A stretch of DNA of 64,000 nucleotides from Octopus sinensis (lineage: Eukaryota): the NCBI RefSeq assembly GCF_006345805.1, contig NC_043005.1:86242001-86306000 (forward strand). The letters run 5' to 3'. The position numbers and the translations under genes were made by a program. Position 1 is the first letter of the stretch, and every line of letters begins with the position of its first letter. The notes under the pieces were generated by a model that saw nothing but the letters and a program-made list of their open reading frames with translations, ran no database searches and had not been told where the DNA came from. Of this stretch, positions 53,689 to 64,000 are shown in pieces.

Positions 53689-53691
<3 letters not shown>
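53451..53691. mobile_element. Tc1/mariner-type MITE
   Basis: TA|CAGTG...CACTG|TA with ~100-bp inverted arms. Confidence 0.88.
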
Positions 53692-53709
<18 letters not shown>

Positions 53710-53730
<21 letters not shown>

Positions 53731-53905
53731 AGCGCGTGTGTCGTTGGCGATTTTCCTCCCTCATTTTCCCTTCTTCTGGACTCTCCTATGTTTCTGAAGA
53801 AGAGCAAGACTCGAAATATTCAATCCTCTTTCCTTCATTTCCTGAGCATCTGATAATACAGCACTTGTACCACGTCCTCGCGTTCTTGTTTTTTCTTGTT
53901 TGTTC
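53710..53905 (+). mobile_element. degenerate Penelope-type pLTR relic
   Basis: CTGAAGA-A-GAG(CAAGA)CTC-GAAA at 53794-53816; stem I is not paired; flanked by (TA)n. Confidence 0.45.
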
Positions 53906-54511
53906 TTTGTTTGGATATATATATATATATATATGAAAGTCGAGGAAGCAATTTGTTGGTATTGTTGACACATCAGTTATTTCTCTCTGATCGTTTAGCA
54001 GGTAACAATCAATAACCAATCATCACCAGATATTATATCGATTGTCGACTATATCATCAGATGAGGTATAATGCTTATCGAATACTGACCCAACCGTAAT
54101 GAAATAACCGAAATAATAACAATCTGCCTTCTTTTAAACTCAACGTCCCCCTTCTCACATTGTGTTGTACACAGCACTGACATATATGTCCGATTCACTG
54201 GTCGCATCATATCAATGCAGAAGTTTATCCAGGTTTCCGCTCCAGAATTATAATGGTTAGTTAGCAGCACGGCTTGCGCAATTATTTGAACGCAAACACA
54301 TATCCAGTTACACACACACATACACACATTACCTCGCATTCATTCATTCATTCATTCTTTCATTTATTCATTCATTCATTCATTAATACATATTTCCAGG
54401 TTCAGTCACACTGCGAAGTACCTGGCGAAAGTGTCTTCTGCTACTGCTTCTGGAAGACCAATGCCTTCTGTGTGGATTTAGTATACGGAAACTTAAAGAA
54501 GGCGGCCGTTC

Positions 54512-54588
<77 letters not shown>

Positions 54589-55405
54589 TATATGTATGTG
54601 TGTGTGTATGTATAATAGAAATATTGTTATTTCTAAGTCTCTCTATAGGAGACAACGGCAGCGGTACTGGATGTTAATAGTTATCGTCAATTTAATATAG
54701 CAGTCCATAGATATAGAACGAAAATTGCCGTTGATTAGCTCCAAGAGGCGACCGCCTCTAGCTAGCTATGTGACACATGAAGTTGTGTCCATTATAACCT
54801 TTGAACAGGGGAGGTCAACTGCTGGTCAGGCATCTGCATACTAGTTTCAGGGTATTTGCCTTTTATCAATGCAGAGTAGCTGAACTCAGTAGGTGTCGCT
54901 GCTGACCGTCTGTTCAAAGTTTTATTCGGTACAGAAAAGATTTTTCTATCCAGTACTGCTGCCGTTGTCTTCTTTAGAGAGAATTAGAAGTAATAATATT
55001 TCTATTTTTGAAAATCCGTGGATGTATTCCACTGAATTTAGATAAATAATCCTTCGAACAGACTGTCAGTAGCGACGCCTGCTGGGTTCGGCTATTCTAG
55101 AATATTCTAGAATGTTCACAGAATGTTCACACTAAACCTAACTTAGTTATATATTACAGAAATGGCGGTGCGGTGAAGTTTAGCTAATATTTTATATTGT
55201 TAAGATAGACGTTAATTGTTCGAAGCCAAAATCGATGTAAAAATCAGAATAGAAAAGAGAGTAAATAGAAAAGTAGTTGTTATAAAAGTGGGATATCGAG
55301 CAATAACTGGTACCCGGTCGGTTATGACGACCATGGTTCCAGATGGTTTGATCAACAGAACAGCGTCCTCATGTAATTAACACGAACACTCGTACCCTTA
55401 TCATA

Positions 55406-55951
55406 CGAGTGTGAGTCAAAAAGCAATGCCATTTTGTTTAGGACAGGTATAATTACCAATACAGAAACATGTATTGTACATCAAAATGAAGCTGGTCCTC
55501 TGTGGATCACATCCCTACTTCCCAACATAGTCACCGTTTCTCTCAATAGCAATGTTCCACTTTCGAATGAGAGCATGTATCCCTGCTCCGTAAAATTATG
55601 TTGACTGTTCTTTGAGTCCCCTCTTCACTACAGTTTTCACTTCTTCGTCACTGGAATAATGTTTGCCTCTCAAACCCTCTTTCATAGGTCCGAAGAGATG
55701 ATAGTCCAGTGATGAGGAAGTGAAAACTGTGAAGAAGTGGCTCAAAGAACAGTCAAGAGAATTTTATGGGGCAGGGATACATGCTCTCATTTGAATGTGG
55801 AACATTGCTATTGAGAGAAACGATGACTATGGTGAGAAGTAGGGATGTGATCCACAGAGGACCAGCTTCATTTTAATGTATGATACATGTTCATGTGTTG
55901 GTAATTATACCTGTCCTAAACAAAATGATATTACGTGTTGACGTAACCTCG
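55406..55951. mobile_element. mariner-derived foldback MITE built from two copies of the 3' end
   Basis: TA|CGAG...CCTCG|TA. Both arms match the 3' end of the 21946 element; the left arm extends to YHLFGPMKEGLRGKHYSSDEEVK. Confidence 0.85.
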
Positions 55952-57946
55952 TAGTACTCTGGGATATTCAGCGTGATGAAGAATGTGAGAAGTTTGGTCC
56001 TTGAAATTCGGATACTTCTCGTTTGTATCAGCCGAGTGGACCGGAGTAAAGAGAAAGTAATTGTTTTGCTCAAGGACACAAAGTGCCGCTGGGAATAAAA
56101 CTCACGAGCTTCCGATTGTCTGCCGAAACCCTACCACCCAAACGATGTGCCTTCACTCCGGAAGAATAAAGAAGATAATGAATGCGCTATTTCAAAAAGA
56201 ATAGTTCCGGAAACTTTGAAGCTATCAAAAATAAATCATTCCGCTGAATTAATCAGATATAAAAGATGTTGTCATAGGTGAATAATAGTCTTCTAATCAA
56301 AGGACAAAAGAACTGGAGAACGGATCAAATTTAAGGTCTCATCCACATGGAAGAGTCTTGAGAATTACTGAACTTTTACAATATATTTTCGGGTAAATTA
56401 TACAAAGGATAGGATGATAGGATATTTGGTATGAATTTCATGTAAGTTTCTTATGACATATGTCTGAGAGACAAATTCAAGAACAACCCCCGGTTACAAT
56501 AGGAACATTCCGATTTCTATACATATAAATATGACATGGCCGATTCTTGTCTTGGGATTCACGGTCAAACGGCTGGGTGGAATTGCGCGAAAAATTACAC
56601 AGATGTGTAGAATGACCGGTGGTGATGGTGGGCTTTGTATTTTTCATAGATCCCATGATTAGCGAGATAATCTACTATAATAATACTCTTGTGTTTACGA
56701 ATGAGAAAGGAAGGGGTGATAGATGAATAAGGAAGGAAGGGCTGATGTCAGACTTGGGAGTGGGATGATGAAAATTGTACGCTGAAAAATAAATCAAACA
56801 GCGTTTCAACTCTGTGTGAATATGTGTTTGTGTATGTAAAAGGGGTATGGTAATGTGTGTGTGTGCGTGTGCGTGTTGGTGTTTGTGTTTGTGTGTGTTC
56901 GTATTCACGCGGAATGGAAGTGGGATGGTTCATCTTTGTTCGATTAGTATTTGGGTTTATTTTTTGATTTGTTTGAATCTTCGTTGTTTTATTTTGTTTT
57001 TTGGGTCAGTTATTTTAGCGGTTTGACAGAAAAAAGTCATGCTATAATTGTTTTTTAACGTAAGCGTGACCAAACAGGTCGAACGCTTACACAGAGCAGG
57101 TTTTACAGCCACGTCATCCAAAGCGACCAGGTGAAATCGGGCTTTCCCGCTAGTATTATATAAAGTTCTCTATGATGCTATGCTTTAATGAAATTAACTG
57201 TTAACAATGGCAGCGAAGTCCGAGAATAGTTTCGTAAACAGGCAATCATCTTAATTTAAAACTACATCTGTGAAGTATTTGTTAAAACTCGATCTTATGT
57301 GAAACGAGATTACCTCAAATGAAATGAAAATGTCGTTGAAGATTTTTCTATATTAATGAGATAGCTTTTATATTTTCTGTACTGAATTTACGACAGAGTC
57401 GCTGTAACCTAAGGTCTTCTGTCAAAAACATATGACTATTAATGGAATGGAAATATGGCAGAGAGTTGAATATATTTAAAGGTTCATAGAGCAAAGCGGG
57501 AAGTATTATATGGAGAATAAAAATTTAATACAGAATTGCATTCCTGGCTTTACGTTGTCGTTCAAGGAAAAAAAACAATTTTGTTTTATTCGGAATTCCT
57601 CCACAATTACATTCTACACATACAAAGGTATATATTTCGAAAAAAAGTACACAAATAATTTGTACAGGTATTGTCGAATATTGACAATGCTCACGGAACC
57701 TTTATTTGGGAAAGTAAAAGCAAACACAGGCTGATGTAAATATGAAACTAAACGTGTGTGTGATTTGTTTCCCATCATTCACTTTGAATGTGTATATCGA
57801 TCCGAAATCAATGTTTACACGAGTAAAGATTGGAAGAAATATTTATGTATCAACGTATGTATGCAGACACAAACCCCCACCACACACACGTAAATGTATA
57901 TATATATATATATATACACATATATATACATATATAATATATATAT

Positions 57947-57993
<47 letters not shown>

Positions 57994-58338
57994 ATGTATG
58001 TGTGTATATACGTATGTCTGTCTGTGGATATATGTACATAGGCATGAGAGAGAGAGAGTAAGAAAGTGAGAGAGAGATGCATAAATAAATTGGGTCTCCT
58101 GTAATCTAGTGTTTACGTTAAGTGGTATTGATGTTATTAGTAAATAGATTTGAAATTAACTTACAAGGATATCTTCCTCGTCTCGAACCCGTTTTGGATT
58201 TCAGTACATACGCAGATACCCGCGTAGATACATACGTACATACATACACATACATACATACATACATACATACATACATACATGCATAATACATAATACA
58301 TACAGACATACATACATACCTACATATACATATTTACA

Positions 58339-58403
<65 letters not shown>

Positions 58404-58955
58404 CACATACATCATATACATACTGACACATATATATATCATATATATTATAGACATGCTCATAAGCATGTGATAGCATGCGAAAGATTGTGTCTGCGAG
58501 TATTTATCTGTCGGAGTGTATAACAAGTGTCCCGGACGTAAAATTACTATGAAGCAGAAAGCAAACAGAGAGAAAATAAATGTACTTTGAAGAAAATATC
58601 TTTACTCTGTAGATTGGTTTCGTGTATTTTTATTTTCTTATTGTCATTTTATGTCTAAGTGTTAGAGCTATTGTGAGATTTTAACGACGGTTTACATAAG
58701 ATGAATAAAAAAAAAAAAAAGAAGTGAACAAGAGAAAGCAATACACTAAGTAGGCTTATAATTTCAACAAAAGACATTATGATATTATTTCGTCTATTAT
58801 CGGTAGACTGGCAATGATCATTTCGAATTAGCTGGAATATATTCTTTATATTTGCTAATGTAAGTAGGATATCGGAGACTTTCTCACGTGCTGGCCTACA
58901 TATTCATGGAAGCAAACATACATACATATACATATATGTATAGATGTATATATAT

Positions 58956-59057
<102 letters not shown>

Positions 59058-59073
59058 ATATTATATATATATA

Positions 59074-59114
<41 letters not shown>

Positions 59115-59151
59115 GTATATATGTATATCTATATATATATTTATATATAAT

Positions 59152-59217
<66 letters not shown>

Positions 59218-59415
59218 CTCTTTTATTCTTTTACTTGTTTCAGTCATTTGACTTCGGGCATGCTGGAGCACCGCATTTAGTCGTCGAGCAAATTGACCCC
59301 AGAGGTTTTATTCTTTGTAAGCCTAGTACTTATTTTATCGAAGCGCTAAGTTACGGTGACATAAACACACCAGCATCGGTTGTCAAGCGATGTTTGGGGG
59401 ACAGGGTCATACGCA
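59218..59415 (-). mobile_element. SINE family A 3' half
   Basis: Reverse complement of the family A 3' body. Confidence 0.75.
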
Positions 59416-59839
59416 AACACACATATACATGGGAACGCACACAAACACACACTCACAAAAACACACGCACACACACACGCTCACACACGCTCACACACAC
59501 ACACACTCACACACACTGCCCACACACGCTCTCATACACACAGTCATACACACATGAAAGTATGATAAAACTGGAGATTTACTGTAACATTTTGTATTTC
59601 CATCCCTGAAGCTTAGAACGTCACATTATCAGTAGAAAGTGATAATTTAATATATTGTTAATTACCACCCTCAGTTGTTAGGCAGAACTAAATTCTCTGA
59701 CATTCTTAGTACAGCTGCATTCGTGTAACCGAACAACAAACTAGTACACACTAGAAGTACGTGTCATAGTTACGTAATATTTGGTATTTAATATGAATTT
59801 CTAACTAAATCTCTGGTTTTATTCTACTCTCTGGTGAAT

Positions 59840-60240
59840 CGTTAGCACGCCGGGCGAAATGATTAGCGGTATTTAGTCTGCCGCTACGCTCTGAGTTCGA
59901 ATTCCGCCGAAGTCGACTTTGCCTTTCATCCTTTCGGTGTCGATAAATTAAGTACCAGTTACACACTGGGGTTGATGAAATCGACTTTATCCGTTTGTCT
60001 GTCCTTGTTTGTCCTTTATGTGTTTAGCCCGTTGTGGGTAGTAAAGAAATGGGTATTTCGTCTGCCGCTACGTTCTAAGTTCAAATTCCGCCGAGGTCGA
60101 CTTTGCCTTTCATCCTTTCGGTGTCGATTAAATAAGTACCACTTACGCACTGGGGTCGATATAATCGACTTAATCCGTTTGTCTGTCCTTGTTTGTCCTC
60201 TCTGTGTGTAGCCCCTTGTGGGTAGTAAAGAAATAGGTAT
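59840..60240 (+). mobile_element. SINE family C with tandem body duplication
   Basis: A second body restarts after GGTATTT at ~60058. Confidence 0.85.
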
Positions 60241-60413
60241 ATTATACAAAAGAACATCCGAGGAGAAATCCTGTTCAAAACTTGTCTGGTATTTCAAAAT
60301 CCATGGAAGAACATGAAGTTCCATTCACCGGTTAATTTTTTCAGCTATTCAATTCGAATTATATACATAATACTCGTGTTTCCTATTTGTACTCATTTCT
60401 CCCCTCTCTCTCT

Positions 60414-60449
<36 letters not shown>

Positions 60450-60450
<1 letters not shown>

Positions 60451-60806
60451 TGTAACTCTCGACTCCGTCGGACACGAATGACCGTGGATGCGCCTTAGAG
60501 GTTCCCCTCCGTGGTGCAAGTCTGGGGGCGGAAAATCGCCTCACTGGCGAACGCACAACCTAGGGTTGCTTTTTATGGAAGACCAGCAGTCACACATGCA
60601 TACCAGCCTCCCCTCTCCACGCCACCGATATAATCCGATGGAAAGGCAAAGGCGGATACAGCGCGGCACCAGTGATGTCACAACTCATTTCTACAGCTAA
60701 GTGGACTCGAGCAGTGTGAACACAACACACAATCCGGTCCGGGAATCGAACTCACAACCTCACGATCCTAAGCACGACGCTCTAACCACTGAGCCATGCA
60801 CCTTCA
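60450..60806 (-). mobile_element. tRNA-headed SINE with GC-rich tail
   Basis: The reverse complement gives TGGCTCAGTGGTTAG...GTTCGATTCC at 60806-60735; the tail family is assigned from memory. Confidence 0.6.
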
Positions 60807-60839
60807 TATATATATTTATATATATATATATTTTTTTTT

Positions 60840-61034
60840 CTAGCAGACGTACACGGTAATTCCCAGGGAAGCGGGGCTTAATTGTTCAACTACTAAGAAA
60901 TAAGCATACTCAATTTGATTTATACCAAATAATTTAGGAATATAGGTAGGTTATTTTCCTAGGCTATATATAAATATCCCTTCCAGGGGTGAATGGGCTA
61001 TTTCCCTTGGATTTTAAAATAAAATATTATATAT

Positions 61035-61066
<32 letters not shown>

Positions 61067-61252
61067 AGGATCCCTTCTAGGAACCCTATTACCGATTTCT
61101 TTTCAACATATCTGAGCATACCATGAGGGTTCCAGACCTGAGTTCTACTCATGTGTCAAGTTTCATCAATATCGATAAAACGATGTAGGTGGAGTTAGCT
61201 AACAACTCCACAAACACACCCACAAACAGAAGTTCCTACATATGTATTAGAT
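60840..61252 (+). mobile_element. Helitron/Helentron-like non-autonomous element with internal (TA)n
   Basis: Starts CTAGCAGACGTACACGG, has CAAGTTTCATCAA, and ends ACAAACAGAAG...ATGTATTAGAT, like 36889. Confidence 0.5.
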
Positions 61253-61426
61253 ATATTCGAGAAGGCACTGAGAAGATCCTGGCTTTAAGGGCATCATAGA
61301 AGGCCTGGTTAGAGGCCTAATATTCCGATTTCTTTTAAAGAACTTAGAAAAATTGAATGTCCACTCCAACATGTGTGTGTATCTGAGAGAGGAAATCTTC
61401 CTATTTTCTTTTACTCTGCACTCAAC

Positions 61427-61474
<48 letters not shown>

Positions 61475-62819
61475 CGTGTGTGTGTGTACGGAATACAAGT
61501 GATAAACAATGATATGTTTAAGTAGTAACTTGTTACCAGTTCAAATATACTTTTCAGCACATTGGACATATTCGAACACGTCAGCAAGTCAAACACTGAA
61601 TTTTTGTGGCGGCGAAAATTTATCGCTGTAGACAAATAGTTGTAAACACACCAAGTCTGTTCGTAGCCCTCACTAACTAGACTGACGGATTCATGCATTT
61701 CGGAGTGGTTATCTCCTCTCTTTGGTATCAGATACCGGAAAGGGAAACGCTGCGAACTAACAAGAGATGGATATCTCTTATATTTCTGTCCTAGTTCCCT
61801 AACTGGCTGCTCTTATGGTTTGCTCACCTTAAATAAAATACAGAATAGAAGCGCTAAGCAACCATGTATGTAAATGCAAGCTGGTTACCAGCTCAAATGT
61901 GCTTTTCAGTGGGACTGAACCCGGAACCATGTCGTTCGTAAGCAAGCTATTTACCACAAAGCCACTCCTACGCCTTTACACTACGTATACATTAATAGCG
62001 AATTAAAACTTAAAAGAGAAAGTGAGAGACTTTTCAAATGAAAAGGAAATACTCAGCAGTGAACGCAATGAATATTTAAATTAGTGATGGATTGGACGCA
62101 TTGAATATTTAAATTTGCGAGAAATTGGAGTTAAATTCAATAAACTCGAGAAATCGAAATTAGAGGAAATTTCTTAGAACATGAATTTATAAAACTATTT
62201 TCAGACGGTCAACCCTTAATAGCACTTTTAATAATTGTTACATACCTAATTAATGTGCGCGTTTCTCCATTATAGTATAGAAGCAGGATAGAAAAATGTT
62301 TCATGAGACGGGGAGGGGACAGCAAAGCAATTTATAGTAGTTCCATTGGAGATGATATATTACCTTTTAGTGCAACGAAATGGAGGCCCGTGTTTCAATT
62401 TCCGAACAGAAACCCATTTTCCATTGTGCACGAGTAACTCTTCATATGAGGGAAACACAAGTCAAAGACAGAGTATCTACCATTTACCTATATGGATTGT
62501 AGTGCCCTATATGGATTGTAGTAGTAATCTAGACAAAAAGATGTGACTTTCGTGTGCCGTATAATCGTTTACATTTAATTTTAGTTTCGCATTCTTCGGT
62601 GACCAAATATTCTGATAGACATTCCAAGTTATATACAAGCAACTTCATTCAGTCACAAATAAGTTAATGCCGTTGGTGTTCATTCTTCAATATTATAATT
62701 AATTGATAGTTGGACGTGTTTCAATTCTAGCATTTTGGTGATTTGGTGATTGTTGTTATTCGGCAGGGGATATCTCCCCATAAGTTTCATCAGTTGAATG
62801 TCACAATATCAGTTAGATA

Positions 62820-63084
62820 TTTACATTATTTACATTTGACGGATATATGTCCCCATCTTTTCGGGATATATTCCCTCCAACCTTCATCTGGTGTCATGGG
62901 GAAATTTCGAACCTGGGTTCTCATTCCTAAGGTATTTTTCGCTGTTGCTGTTATTATTATTATTATTATTATTAGTAGTAGTAGTAGTAGTAGTAGTATT
63001 ATCATTATTCAGGTTACAGCTTGGAATCGAACTCGGAATATTGGTGTTTGTAGCCCGCGCTCTTAACCACTACGCCATATGCCC
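62820..63084 (-). mobile_element. tRNA-headed element with (AAT/ACT)n spacer and Penelope-like degenerate HHR tail
   Basis: A-box TGGCGTAGTGG (63077-63067), B-box GTTCGATTCC (63032-63023), tail CAGATGAAGG...CCGAAA (62890-62859). Confidence 0.6.
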
Positions 63085-63844
63085 GTAGTTAGATAGCTTA
63101 AAGAAATTTTAAGAAAAAACGGTCCTTGAATCAGAACATATAAGATGAAATAGTCTAATGTTATAGGTAAGTCAATTTTTTTTTCCTTTTCATCCGATTC
63201 TTTCAAATAGTAACAGAAGTTGATCAGTGCCACTGTGCATGTCACCATTCTCTGGAACATACGCAATACAATCATAGAATTTATGTAATGCCTAAGTATT
63301 TTTCAATTTTTTGGTGCTATTCTTGGGTACGACGTTGAAACAAATCTTTAAATCTATTCTTTGAACACGTAACATTACTGATCATCGAATGTTACATTCG
63401 AAATTGTCTGCAGCTGCGTCAAGCGGGGCTTTATTCAATTCTGTATAATCCTACATACGTACATACATACACACTGACACAATCACACACACACTCACTC
63501 GCATATGTATATATAAATATATATATATATATAATGATGATGATGATGATGATGATGACGAAATGGTATGGTGTAAAGCAAATCTCAACATTCCCAGTGG
63601 AACAACCTTTGACTAAAAAGGAATCCAAACAATGATAGCTATTTTAAAGCTTCTACCATCCATGCTTTCTTACAATTAATTTGCATTGCTAATAAGACGT
63701 TTGATGTTTAGTACGTGAGCAGGTAAAAATTTTAGCACGAATTCCATTTTAAGATTTCTTTTTCTTACATTCGTATATATTTTGTCGTGTTATATATACA
63801 TACATTCACCCATTCACCCACACTCACACACACGCACGCACACA

Positions 63845-63911
<67 letters not shown>

Positions 63912-63913
63912 TT

Positions 63914-63948
<35 letters not shown>

Positions 63949-64000
63949 TATAGACAGACAGACAGAGGGGAGAGATATATAGATACATGTATGCATGTAT

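Overview
AT-rich, microsatellite-dense eukaryotic non-coding DNA, most probably from an octopus (inferred from remembered SINE, mariner and Penelope repeat families; not verified). No host protein-coding exon or true tRNA gene could be supported, and most ORF-track entries are translated microsatellites. The window holds three or more tRNA-derived SINE families, mariner/Tc1/Chapaev-like relics, MITEs and Helitron-like non-autonomous elements. It also holds a near-full-length 5.5-kb Tx1-clade LINE (28968-34497, minus) embedded in a (GATA)n array, with a possible 44-nt intron whose removal would fuse ORF1 to ORF2. The most notable content is a hammerhead-ribozyme (HHR)/Penelope hot spot. A ~600-bp tandem-plus-inverted array (38609-41836) carries in each unit a type I HHR with canonical core, GUC site, palindromic stem III and an unusually long 76-nt stem II, i.e. 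a retrozyme-like element. Several other minimal Penelope-type HHRs have cores showing C3-G8, U3-A8, G3-C8 and U4C variants. All RNA folds were deduced by eye and need computational and biochemical confirmation.
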